The translations under genes were made by a program, and so were the position numbers. A stretch of 64,000 bases of DNA from an uncultured delta proteobacterium (GTDB lineage: Bacteria; Myxococcota_A; Polyangia; Polyangiales; Polyangiaceae): assembly GCA_963841435.1 (NCBI GenBank), contig CAWJCS010000003.1, positions 896,001 to 960,000 on the forward strand, given 5' to 3'. This document shows positions 9,886 through 20,377 of the stretch, in pieces (positions within the stretch are counted from its first letter, which is position 1; each line of letters begins with the position of its first letter). Below the pieces are notes generated by a model, which saw nothing but the letters and a program-made list of their open reading frames with translations, was not told the origin of the DNA and ran no database searches.

Positions 9886-12800
9886 ATGACGGTCACGACA
9901 AGCAGCAAGAGCCTTCGTACGTTGACGGAGCTGACGCTCCTCGCGGACATCAAGCCGGGCTTCGTGCCCGTGCCCGACCTCATGTCTTACGCGACGCGCC
10001 TCGGCGCGCTGCTCAAGGCCCTGTTCGGGCTCAGGCGGCAGAGCATCGAGGCGGAGCCGTCCGGCTACGTGGGACCGCTCGAGCGCTTGCAATCGCTGCA
10101 CTTCGTGCGCTGGTCGATCCTCGAGGGGAAGAAGCTCTTGCTCGGCGTGAGCTTCGACCGCGCCTGGGAGCCTTACATTCGCGGCATCGTTGACGAAGCG
10201 GGGCCGTTTCTCGACGTGATCTTTTGCCATACCAAGGACTACGACGGGCACGCGACGAGCGACGGCTACGCGAAGTTCTCCCAGTGGGTGCGCGCGCATC
10301 AGGTTGACGTGCCGTTCTTCTACGCCGGCAATCCCGGCCTCACCGTCGACGACGAACGCTTTCTCGCCGAGTACGAGCGGCGCGTGCGCGCCGGCGACGA
10401 CGCGACGGACCTGGTGCTCCCCGAGCCCGGCGCCGAGGCACCGAAGCAAGAAGCCCCGGACATCGCCCAACGTCGCCTCCGGCGCGCGACGCGGGCGCTC
10501 GCGCTGATTCGCGAGTTTTTCCCGCCCGGGCGAGACCAGGACTTCTTCGACCACGCGGTGTTTTCGCTGCTCGAGGGCCTGGTCCCGCGCTCGGCCGGCG
10601 AGAGCATCGACGACGCGCTGAAGGCGCTCGCCGCCGCCGCGCCCGACATAGCCCAGCCGCTCGCAGCGATGCGCCAAAAAGTTCCCGGAGCGGCGCTGCT
10701 CGAGGACGACGAGGAGGCCGACGATCTGTCCGACGATCTCCAGGGTAACGTGCGCACGGGCTACCGTGGCATGACCCATGGCTGCCTCGCGCTCTTGCGC
10801 TGCGACGGCCGAAAGGCGGCGCGGAAGCTGCTCGCTCGCCTCGTCGCTCACGTGACGACCGACGCGTGCGCGAACGAAGCCAAGGAGGCCGTCAACGTGG
10901 CGCTGACGCGGGACGGCCTGCGCACGCTCGGCGTGAGCGAGGCCGAGCTCGCCGTCTTCCCCGCCGAGTTTCTCGAAGGCATGGAGGCGCGCGCCGGGCT
11001 GCTCGGCGACGTTGAGGCCGAGCATCCGTCGCGCTGGCAGCTGCCGAGGTTCGACGGCGATCCGGTGCCCCTGTCGAGCGTCGACGCAGTGCTCTCCGTG
11101 CAGGCGTCGCCCGCGAAGGTCGGGCCGAACGACCACGTGTTCGGCGCCGAGCATCCACTCGCGCCGCGGCTCGCCGCGCTGCTCGAGGGCCTCGAGGGGG
11201 TGAGCGTGCTGCACGTCGAGCCGCTCCTCAGGCGGCCACAACCTCCAACCGAGCCCTTCGTGCGCGAGCACTTCGGCTTCGTCGACGGCATCAGCCAACC
11301 GGTTCCCCGGGCGCGGCGCGCGGACGCACCGCCGTCCCGCGACGAGGTCGCGCTCGGCGAGGTCGTGCTCGGGTATCAGGACGATCACGGAGAGCGCCCT
11401 CCGGGAAGCGACGGCGGGCTGCTCAGGCACGGCAGCTTTCTCGTCGTGCGCAAGCTCGTGCAGGACGTGAGGGCGTTCCACGCGTTCGTGGCCACGTCCG
11501 GCATCCCCGCCGAGCGGCTCTACGGCGCGCTCATGGGACGCAAGCGCGACGGCGCGCCCCTCGTGGGACGCGGGGCGAAGGGAGACAACGATTTCGACTA
11601 CTCGGAAGCCGAGGCGAACCAGAAGTGCCCGGTCGCTTCGCACGTGCGCCGCACGAACCCGCGCACGCCCGATCGCCTGTCCGTGCACGGCCGGCCCATG
11701 CGCACGCCGCGCATCGTGCGGCGCGGCTTCTCGTTCGGCCCGATCGACCCCGAGATCGAAGCCCCCCGCGGCCTCGTGTTCATGGCCTACAACGCGAGCA
11801 TCGCGAATCAGTTCGAGGTGCTGCAGCGCTGGATCAACGGCGGCAACAGCACGGGCGACCTCAGCAGCCACTCCGACCCCGTCGTGAGCCACGCGCACCC
11901 GCGCGTCGTCACCGTGCCCCACGACGGCAAGCACGTTCGGCTCCAGAAAACGAAGCCGTTCGTCACGCTCGCGTGGGGCATGTACCTCTTTTCGCCATCG
12001 CGGAGCGCGCTCAGCGAGCTCGCCGCGCGCGACGAGACGCGCGACCGAGAGCTCGCGCGGGTCGACGAAGACGAGCTGGCCGCGCGGGGACACGAGATCA
12101 TCACCAAGCTCGAGCTCGCTCACGCCGTGCTCGGCGAAACCGCTGCGCGGGCAGAGTGGAAGCTCGTGCTCGAGGATCGCGGCGCGCGCGAGCAGGGGCG
12201 GGCCGTGTGGGCGGCGATCCGCCGGCGGGGCGGCGCGCTCCGCACTCCGTACGGCGTGCTCGTGGGGAGCGCCGACGCGGTGCTCGACGTGCTCGCCGAC
12301 GACGGGCGCTGCTCGGTGCGCGGCTACTACGAACGCATGGAGGCCTCCGTCGGGCCGCTCTACCTCGGTATGGACCGCTGCCCGGTCGCGCACGAGGGTG
12401 CGGGCTCGCAAGCCGACCAGCATTACGAGCGCGTGGTCCAGCCGGGAACCTACGACGCGTCGGCCGAGGCTCCCAATCGCTTCATGCGCGGCCTCACGCG
12501 CGAAGACGCCTTCTCGGCCACCCGGCAGGCGGCGCTGCTCACGCTCGCGGGGCTCGCGACGCTGAGCCCGCTCGTTGACCTTCGCTACTACGCCGCGGGA
12601 ACGGCGCGCCGCGTGTCGGAGGCTTGGTTCGGCCTGCCCAACGCGGATGAGCAGTTTCGGGAGATCTTCTCGGTCGCGGCGCAGAGCATTTTCGATCCCC
12701 ACCCGGAGCCCGTGGTGCTCGCCGAAGCGGAGAAGGCTCGCGAGAAGCTCCGCACCGCGGAGGAGAAGCTGCTCGAGACGAACCCGCCCATGCTCGCCGC

Positions 12801-13359
12801 CCTGCCCGGTTTCGACGACGAAGAGAAGAAGCGGGCGCTCGTCGGGGGCGCGCAGGGTTTCCTCGTGGCGACCGTCGCAAGCTTCGTGGGCGTCGCCGCC
12901 GACTGGCTCGAGAGCGGACGCGCCGCGCGGCTCTCGCAATGGCTGCGCACCGCGGCCCCCCGCGGGCTCACCGATCCGCACCAGAAGCCGTCGGCTGCCG
13001 ACCTCGAGGACTGCGTCTGGCTCGTGCGCGAGCTTTACGACGCGCTTCGGCGCCACCCGCAGCCGGACATCCTGTACAGAAAGGCCGTCGTCCCGAAGAG
13101 CGTGGCGGACGGTGCCGTGTTCGTCGCGCCGGGCGACACGCTGGTCGTCAGCCTGGCCTCGGCTGCGGCGGAGCGCCCGGAATCGATCGACATCCTGTTC
13201 GGCGGGGCCGATCCACGCCGCGCGGACGACCCGCATCCGCTCCACTACTGCCCAGGCAAGGAAGCGGCCATCGGCGTCATGCTCGCGCTCGCCGTGACGC
13301 TGCTCCAAGAGCACGAGCTCAGGCTCGAGGTGCCGCTGTCGATCTCGTTCAAGGCGTGA
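9886..13359 (+). CDS. Fusion of N-terminal DyP-associated domain, DyP-type peroxidase and cytochrome P450-like domain (1157 aa)
   Basis: DyP motifs EHFGFVDGISQP, GSFLVVRKLVQDV, CPVASHVRRTNPR, RIVRRG, GLVF..QFEVLQRW; P450-like DALRRHP and FGG..HYCPG; RBS-like GAGGGAG upstream. Confidence 0.85.
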   Translation: MTVTTSSKSLRTLTELTLLADIKPGFVPVPDLMSYATRLGALLKALFGLRRQSIEAEPSGYVGPLERLQSLHFVRWSILEGKKLLLGVSFDRAWEPYIRGIVDEAGPFLDVIFCHTKDYDGHATSDGYAKFSQWVRAHQVDVPFFYAGNPGLTVDDERFLAEYERRVRAGDDATDLVLPEPGAEAPKQEAPDIAQRRLRRATRALALIREFFPPGRDQDFFDHAVFSLLEGLVPRSAGESIDDALKALAAAAPDIAQPLAAMRQKVPGAALLEDDEEADDLSDDLQGNVRTGYRGMTHGCLALLRCDGRKAARKLLARLVAHVTTDACANEAKEAVNVALTRDGLRTLGVSEAELAVFPAEFLEGMEARAGLLGDVEAEHPSRWQLPRFDGDPVPLSSVDAVLSVQASPAKVGPNDHVFGAEHPLAPRLAALLEGLEGVSVLHVEPLLRRPQPPTEPFVREHFGFVDGISQPVPRARRADAPPSRDEVALGEVVLGYQDDHGERPPGSDGGLLRHGSFLVVRKLVQDVRAFHAFVATSGIPAERLYGALMGRKRDGAPLVGRGAKGDNDFDYSEAEANQKCPVASHVRRTNPRTPDRLSVHGRPMRTPRIVRRGFSFGPIDPEIEAPRGLVFMAYNASIANQFEVLQRWINGGNSTGDLSSHSDPVVSHAHPRVVTVPHDGKHVRLQKTKPFVTLAWGMYLFSPSRSALSELAARDETRDRELARVDEDELAARGHEIITKLELAHAVLGETAARAEWKLVLEDRGAREQGRAVWAAIRRRGGALRTPYGVLVGSADAVLDVLADDGRCSVRGYYERMEASVGPLYLGMDRCPVAHEGAGSQADQHYERVVQPGTYDASAEAPNRFMRGLTREDAFSATRQAALLTLAGLATLSPLVDLRYYAAGTARRVSEAWFGLPNADEQFREIFSVAAQSIFDPHPEPVVLAEAEKAREKLRTAEEKLLETNPPMLAALPGFDDEEKKRALVGGAQGFLVATVASFVGVAADWLESGRAARLSQWLRTAAPRGLTDPHQKPSAADLEDCVWLVRELYDALRRHPQPDILYRKAVVPKSVADGAVFVAPGDTLVVSLASAAAERPESIDILFGGADPRRADDPHPLHYCPGKEAAIGVMLALAVTLLQEHELRLEVPLSISFKA

Positions 13360-16300
13360 GGCAACGCTTGGCGCGCGCGGCGAACGCGTGCATCCCGAGC
13401 TCGCGGAACGCCTCGGGCAGCGTGCCCGCGAGGTCGCGCGCCTCCTTGGCGTCCTTTTCGCCGTGGAGCAGCTCGGCCCGCGTGAGCTGCGTCAGCAGGA
13501 GCTCTCGCCGCGACTCGTGGGAGGCCGCGACCTCTTCGGCCCGATTCGAGCTCCGATTTCGCGCGCTCGATGTCCCTTTCTCGCGCGGCAAGCCGCGCAC
13601 GCACACGGTACGCCGGCACCTCGCCCAGGCGGTCGCCCGCCTCGGCACGCTCGAGCGCCCGGCCCGCGGCCCGCGCAGCCCCCTCGTCGTCGCCCGCGGC
13701 GAAAAGCGCCTCGGCGAGGCAAGCGCACCAGAACGACAGAAACAGGCGCATCCCGCGCTCGTCGAGCCAGGACACCACGCGGCCGAGCTCACCGAGCGCC
13801 GCCGGATCGGCACCGAGCATCGCTCGCGCGAACGAGCCGAGCGCCTCGCTCGTCGCGAACACGTAGGGCCCGCTCATCCGCTCGGCGCGCAGACGGCTCA
13901 CGCTCGCGGTCTGCACGCAGTCGCCGTAACGCCCCTGCCAGACCTCTATCATACCACGGAGCCCCATCAGCGAGGCCTCGACGGCGTGCTCGGCGCCCCG
14001 CACGGCCCTGAGCGCGGTCTCCATCGTGGCAGCGCTCTCTTGAAAATCTCCCTGGTAGCCCTGCACGAGCGCCTCGACGCCGAGGGCGTACGCGAAACCC
14101 ACGGGCACGGCGCGCAAGAAGTGAGTCTTCACCTGCGTGCGCTTGAGCTCGAGGGCGCGCTCGAGCATGGCGAGAGCTTGCGTGCACTCCGCGGATGCCG
14201 CGTGCACGTGTCCTAGATTGGCGAGGAGTTGCGCCACGAGCTTGAAGCTGCCCGTGTGCTCGGCGATGGCGAGCGCGGCACGCGCGTGGGACGAGGCGGA
14301 CTTGGCATCCCCGAGCGCGTAGTGGATCCAGCTCAGCCAGTAGTGGCTGCGCGCGATCGCCTCGGGATCGTCCAGCTTGACGGCGAACTCGAGCGCCCGC
14401 TCGAGCAGCCCCACCTGCTCGGGCGCGGGGCTGAACACGCACGCCGCCGCCCATTTCCAGGCAATCTCGAGCCAGCGTCGGCGCGTGGGCGCCGACGTTG
14501 AAATGCGGTCGAGCTCGAGCATGGCGGCGCCGTATTGCTGGCGCGCGCAGTCGAGCGACGACGCCGCTGCCGCCTTGTCGCCCGCGAGCTCCGCGTACAT
14601 GCTGGCGCGCTCGGGCTCGGCGGCGCCCGCCCAATGCGCGGCGAGCGCCTCGCTCCGTTCGAGCGCGCCGCTCTCGCCGAAACAGTCTTCGATGGCGCGT
14701 GCGATGGCACCGTGCAAGCGGCGGCGCTCACCGAGCTTCACGGAATTGTACACCACCTCACGCGTGATGCCGTGCTTGAAGCGGTAGAGTCCCGAGCTAT
14801 AGCCGGCGTAAACGAGGTCGTTCTCGGCGAGCGAATCGAGCGCCTGGGCCAGACCGTCGGGGCCGACGATGCGCGAGAGCAGCCATTCCTCGAACTCGCT
14901 GCCGATCACGGCGGCCGCCTGCGAGACCAGTGAAAGCGCCGGGGGCAAGCGCTGAACGCGAGCCTGGATGAGACCGTGAATCGTGCTCGGCACGCTCTTT
15001 TCGCGACCGAGGTCGAGCTCCACGCCGTCGCGCGACAGCGCCTGGCAGAGCTCTTCCAAGAAGAGGGCATTGCCGCCCGCGCGCTCCTTCATGGCGCCCG
15101 TGGTCTCGAGATCGAGCGCCGTGGGCATGAGCGCCCGCATCATGGCGTCCACCTCGTCCGTGTCGAACGGCATCAGCTCGATGAAGCCGCTCTCGCCGGA
15201 GACCGGCGCCATCACCTTCCCGGTACGCGCGCACGTCACCACGAGCACGCGCCGGGCCTCGCGCGACAGGCCCGCCACGAGATCGGCGAGCAGCTGCCGT
15301 GAGGCGTCGTCCGCCCACTGCCAGTCGTCGAGCGTCAGAACGACGGGGCCGCGCTCGGAGAGGGCGGTGATCCATTGCACGAACGCGTTCGAGAGCGACC
15401 CGTCCTCGGACTCTTGCTTCACGGGCGCGCCGAGCGACAGCGCCTGCAACAACGCTGGCAGTTGACGCAAGAGGCGGCGATCGAGGGCAGCGAGCTCTGC
15501 TTCCACGCGGCGCGCCGACGCTTCGCGAGGCGTATCGGCCTTGAGCCCGAACGCCTGGCGGAGGATCTGCAAGAACGGTTGCAGCGGCGCGATGTTGCCG
15601 TAGCTCTCGCAGTGCCCGGCGAACGTCCGGAGCTCGGGTTGCTCGAGCCGGCGCCGAAACTCCTCGAGCAGCCGCGTTTTGCCGACGCCCGCGTCGCCGC
15701 GCACCTCGAGCACCCGGACCTTGCCCGACAGCACGGCCGCGAGCGCACCGTCGAGCGCAGCGATCTCGCGCGAGCGGCCGATGAACGTCGTGAGCCCACG
15801 CCGGGCGCGCGCCTCGAAGCGCGTCGCGACGCCCGTGCGCCCGAGCACGCGATACACGGGCACGGGCTTGCCCTTGCCCTTCAAGCGCAAAGGCTCGACG
15901 GCCCGCGTCTCGAAGAACGGCTCCACGCCGCCGAGCGCGCTCTCGCTCGCGAGGATCTCGTCGTTCCCCGCCGCCGCGCAGAGACGCGCCGCCGTGTTGA
16001 CCGGGTCGCCGACGAGCTCGTAGCGGCCCTCCGCGGGGTCGGCTTCGCGCGCGTACACGAGGCCCGCGTGGATGCCCGTGTGCAATCGCGCGATGAAGCC
16101 CGGCGGCAGATCGACGTTCGAGCTTTAGCTCGCGGATGGCGGCGTGCAGCTCGAGCGCGGCCTCCGCGGCCCTTCGCACGTCGTCCTCGCCAGGGGTCGG
16201 CAGGCCGAAGACGGCGAGGAGGCCGTCGCCGTAGAATTGATTGAGCGTGCCGCCGTGCTTCTCGATGATGCCCTTGGCGAGCGCTTTCGTGCGATGAAGC

Positions 16301-16434
16301 AGCAACGCCACGAGCTCGGGATCGCTCTCCTCGTTGAGCGCCGTGTAGTCGCAGAGATCCGAAAAAAGCAGGCCGACGTGGCACCGCCGCTCGACCGAGA
16401 CGGGCCCGTCCGACCTTTTGCCACCTCGTGTCAT
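13349..16434 (-). CDS. Class III nucleotidyl cyclase-AAA/STAND NTPase-TPR protein; +1 frameshifts at about 16117 and 13545
   Basis: LLFSDLCDYT, QFYGDG, GIHAG, GDPVNTAARL; Walker A GDAGVGKT, Walker B LTLDDWQWAD, GGNALFLEEL, YRFKH; helical repeat C-terminus. Confidence 0.88.
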
Positions 16435-16600
16435 CGCCGGACCGGATCCTAGAGCGCCTGCAGGCGACGTGGGAGGCCGCCCTTTTCCCCACGCGTCCGG
16501 AGTTTGCCGCTGGGCGCTCCGAGCGCGCAAAAAAGGCGTGATGCCGGCCGTAACGGGCGGCGACGGCGGGGAGGTGGGGCCCGGGAGGGGCCCGGCGGCG

Positions 16601-17779
16601 TCAGGAGCGGCGAGCCGCCTCGTGCTCGATGCGGGCGGCCTCGAGCAGCCCTGGAGATTCGAGCAGGTCCGCAGCCGTCCTGGCCATGGCCTTGGCGGCG
16701 ACCAGCATCGTTTCGTAGCCGCGCGCGCTGTCGGCACACGCGGCGAAGGCGCGCTCGTGGCAAAGCGCGTGACCCTCGTCGCAAATCGCGAGCCAAGGGT
16801 GAATCGCGGGGACGGCGAGGCTCACGTCGCCCATGTCGGTGGACGCCGAGCCCACGCTGGGATCCGTTTCACGCGGCTTACGCCCCAGCACCTCGAGGGC
16901 CGCACCGAAGCGCCGCGCCATGGCCATGTTGTTGAGCATGCCGCTGTAACCGACCTCGCGCTGGACGCGCACCTCGACATCGGAGGCGAGCGCTGCCGCG
17001 CGCGCGCAGCGCTCGACGAGATCGGCGACGGGACCCACCCCTTCGGTGGTGGGCGCGCGAACCGTGAACTCGCACGCCGCGTCCTCCACGATGATGTTCG
17101 GCGCCTGGCCCCCGTTCGTGACGATGCCGTAGATCCTCACGCCGTCTCGCAGATGAACGCGCTGAGAATCCACGAGCCGGAAGGTGTCGAGGCAGGCCGT
17201 GAGAGCGCTCTTGCCGTCCCAGGGTGCGAAGGCGGCGTGCGCGGGGACGCCATGGAACGCGACCTGCACGCGCAGCGTCGCGAGAGCCGGGTGCGCGAGC
17301 ACGTCGCGGTCGAACGGGTGAAACATCATGGCCGCATCGACGCCCTCGAACACGCCCGCTTCGATGAGCCGGATCTTACCGCCGCCGCCCTCCTCGGCGG
17401 GCGTGCCCACGAGCTCGATCGCGCCGGGCAGGGAGGCCCCGTGGCGCGCGAGCGCGAGGAACGCCCCCACGGCCGCGCCGGCGATGAGATTGTGCCCGCA
17501 GGCGTGCCCGATCTCCGGCAGCGCGTCGTACTCGGCGAGGACGGCCACGCGCGGCCCCTCGGCGGCGCCCGCCCGCGCGCGAAAGGCGGTGGCGAGCCCG
17601 CCGAGACCGCGCTCGACGACGACGCCGGCCACGCCCTCCACCATCTCGGAAATCCAGGAGCTCGCCTGCCGCTCCTCGAACGAGAGCTCGGGGTGATGGT
17701 GGATCTGGCGCGAAAGCTCGGTCAGCCGTTCCCCGAGCTCGTCAACGGCGCGATCGATGGCAGCGCGATCGAGCGGCAT
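16601..17779 (-). CDS. M20 family amidohydrolase
   Basis: HPELSFEE, AEYDALPEIGHACGHN, GTPAEEGGGGK, STDMGDVS. Confidence 0.92.
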   Translation of the reverse strand: MPLDRAAIDRAVDELGERLTELSRQIHHHPELSFEERQASSWISEMVEGVAGVVVERGLGGLATAFRARAGAAEGPRVAVLAEYDALPEIGHACGHNLIAGAAVGAFLALARHGASLPGAIELVGTPAEEGGGGKIRLIEAGVFEGVDAAMMFHPFDRDVLAHPALATLRVQVAFHGVPAHAAFAPWDGKSALTACLDTFRLVDSQRVHLRDGVRIYGIVTNGGQAPNIIVEDAACEFTVRAPTTEGVGPVADLVERCARAAALASDVEVRVQREVGYSGMLNNMAMARRFGAALEVLGRKPRETDPSVGSASTDMGDVSLAVPAIHPWLAICDEGHALCHERAFAACADSARGYETMLVAAKAMARTAADLLESPGLLEAARIEHEAARRS

Positions 17780-17808
17780 GAGCCTACAATAGGGCGCTCC
17801 CCTTCCCC

Positions 17809-18972
17809 GTGCCACCCCGCCGTCGTCTTCTCGTGAGCCACGGGCTCGTGCTGCTCGTTTCGGGCGTAACCGCCGCCTGTGCGAATCCACGCGCGCCGTC
17901 CAGCACCCAGCCGGCCGCGCTCCCCACGAAGAGCTCGACCGTCGCCGTCGAAAGAGCGCCCGCCAAAGCGAAACCAGAGCCGTCGAAGCTCGCGCCGCCC
18001 GCGCCCGTGAAGATCGAGCTCAGGGAAGTCGCGATGGGGACGAGCGTGACGTTCGTGGCGTTCACCAACGAGCGTGCCGACGAGGCCGCCGTGCGCGCCG
18101 CGATGGCGAGCGCGCTCACGCGCATGCGCGGGCTCGAAGCCGTCCTCAGCGAGTGGCGCGACGACAGCGAGATCGGCCAGTTGAACCTGCACGCGGGCGA
18201 GTGGGTTCCGATGGGCCCCGAGTCGCTCGAGGTCATCCAGAAGGGCCTGTGGGCGGGGCGGCTGTCGGGCGGCGTGTTCGACATCACGTTCCAGGCGATG
18301 AAGGACGTGTGGAAGTTCGGCACCGCGAGCGAGGCCGAGCCCCACGTTCCGACGCACAAGGAGATCGAGGCGCGCCGCCGGCTCGTGGACTATCGCAAGG
18401 TCGAGATCGACGAGGGCGCGCACGCCGTTCGCATCGGCAAGCAGCAGCAAGTCGGCCTCGGCGGCATCGCCAAGGGGTACATCGTCGACAAGGCGGCGCG
18501 CGTGCTGCGCGATGCGGGCGTCGACGCGTTTCTCGTCCAGGCCGGCGGCGATCTGTACGGCGCGGGCCGCAAGCCCGACGGCTCTCCCTGGGTGAGCGGC
18601 ATCCAGGATCCGCGCGGCGCGCCCGGGCAATTCTTTGCCACGATCGAGCTCACCGATCACGCCTTTTCGACCGCCGGCGACTACGCACGCGCCTACGTCG
18701 TCAAGGGCAAGCGCTATCACCACATCATCGATCCGCGTACGGGCTATCCGGCAACGGCGTGCCGCAGCGTGACGGTCTGGGCCCCCGACGCCTTCATCGC
18801 CGACGCGGTCGACGACATCGTCTTCATCCTCGGCCCCGAAAAGGGCATCCCGCTCGTCGAGTCACTCGACGGCGTCGGAGCGGTCATCGTCGACGAAAAG
18901 AATCACGTCACGGTGACGCGCAGGCTCGAGGGCAAGGTGCACGTCGTGTCAGCGCCGACCGACGGCATCTGA
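17809..18972 (+). CDS. apbE: FAD:protein FMN transferase (lipoprotein)
   Basis: AMGT, GGVFDIT, GGIAKGYIVD, AGGD, STAGDY, YHHIIDPRTGYP. Confidence 0.93.
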   Translation: MPPRRRLLVSHGLVLLVSGVTAACANPRAPSSTQPAALPTKSSTVAVERAPAKAKPEPSKLAPPAPVKIELREVAMGTSVTFVAFTNERADEAAVRAAMASALTRMRGLEAVLSEWRDDSEIGQLNLHAGEWVPMGPESLEVIQKGLWAGRLSGGVFDITFQAMKDVWKFGTASEAEPHVPTHKEIEARRRLVDYRKVEIDEGAHAVRIGKQQQVGLGGIAKGYIVDKAARVLRDAGVDAFLVQAGGDLYGAGRKPDGSPWVSGIQDPRGAPGQFFATIELTDHAFSTAGDYARAYVVKGKRYHHIIDPRTGYPATACRSVTVWAPDAFIADAVDDIVFILGPEKGIPLVESLDGVGAVIVDEKNHVTVTRRLEGKVHVVSAPTDGI

Positions 18973-19002
18973 GGGGAAGGAGGCGCGGCGAGCTCGGCCC
19001 CG

Positions 19003-20071
19003 CTAGAGCGCGCCGTTCAGCGGGTCGTAGTCGCTGGCGCCGCCCTTCTTGCCCTTCTTGGACTTGAACGTCGGGTCCATCGACGGGCGTGACGCACCGG
19101 CCGGCGCCGTGCGCGGCGCTGGCGCCGCCGGCGGTTTGGCTTTCGGAGCCACCTCGGCCTTCGCGGCCGTTTCGGCAGGCGCCGGCTCGGCACTCGCGGG
19201 CTCGGTTTCTTCGGCGGTCGCCGTGGCGGTGGGCGCGGCCGCGGCGACCTCGGGCTCACTCGACGGAGCGCGCTCGGTCATCTTCTCGACGGCGCGCGGC
19301 GTGCCGAACCCGGGCCCGCCGAGCGCGGCTTCGAGCGCCAGATAGGTCGAACTCCTGACCGAGCGAGGTCGCCGCGGCGTGGACGACCGCGTTGCGATAG
19401 AGCGTGACCACGAGGCCCGCGGCGATCGACAGCCCGATGACCAGCGCGCCCGAACGCGAACGAGGCAGCGCGCGACGCGCCGTGTCCGTGAGCGAGCTTG
19501 GCACGGGCACCGACGGCGGCACCGACTCGACGAACGGCGACGGCGCGGCCGCGACCGTCGGGGCGAACGAAGCGGGCGCCGGATTGGACCAGGCGGAGGC
19601 CGGCGGCCAGGAGCTCCCCGTCGAATCCGGAGCGGGTGCCGAACGGGCGGACGGTGGCGGCGGCCGCGTGCTCATCGGCGGGGGCGGTGCCGGCGCTCGC
19701 GAGGAGACCACCGGTGGGAACGACGAGGCGGCGGGGGCGGGCGCCCGCGACGGGACGACCGGCGGCGGATACGACGAGGCCGCGACCGGGCTTGCCGAGA
19801 CGGCGGGTGGCCAGGACGTCGCCGTCTGCGCCATGCGGTTCATCGGAGGCGGCTCCGAGACCGGGATGCTGACGGCGGGCCCGTCCTCCTCTCCCAGCCC
19901 CGCGACGACGCTGAGCGGCAACCACTCGGCCATCCCCGGCTGCCAGATCAGCGTGTCCGCGCTGATGATGTCGAGGCGGAAAAGGTCGTCGAGCTTTTCG
20001 AGCGTGAGCTTTTTGACCTCGTCCGGGCCCATCCGAACGTGCCAGAGATCGTCTTCGCTTTCGTCGGCCAT
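19003..20071 (-). CDS. GYF_2-domain membrane protein with Pro/Ser-rich linker; +1 frameshift at about 19350
   Basis: ISADTLIWQPGMAEWLPL; transmembrane ALVIGLSIAAGLVV; continues TYLALEAALGGP..YDPLNGAL in the next frame. Confidence 0.75.
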
Positions 20072-20377
20072 GGTCCCTCGGTGGCGCGAGGAGCGTAGCA
20101 GCGACCGCCGGCGCGCAAGGCGGCCGTCACTGGACCGACGATCCACGGGCTGCCTGCAAGGCGACTAGAAAATTCCCGAGAAAATGGCGTGGCCGCGCCG
20201 TTTCGGCGTTGGCCGACCGGCACGACCCCTGGGAAACTTACAAGCTCTTGGTAAAATTTGTTCGGTGGCGGAAATTCGAACCTATCGTCCGCGCATTGAG
20301 CTTGGAGCGGATCACCGACGAGCAGTACAGGTGACGTCGCAAGCGGCGGCGCCCCGACCCCCAACCCGAGAAATCCG

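Noticed and set aside
9805-13314. 1169-aa antisense ORF, and many similar long shadow ORFs in the track
   Set aside because: Mirror frames of real high-GC genes, with no recognisable motifs.
20150-20370. Possible tRNA or ncRNA in a lower-GC intergenic region (contains TTCGAA)
   Set aside because: No cloverleaf or acceptor stem could be built; more likely a divergent promoter region.
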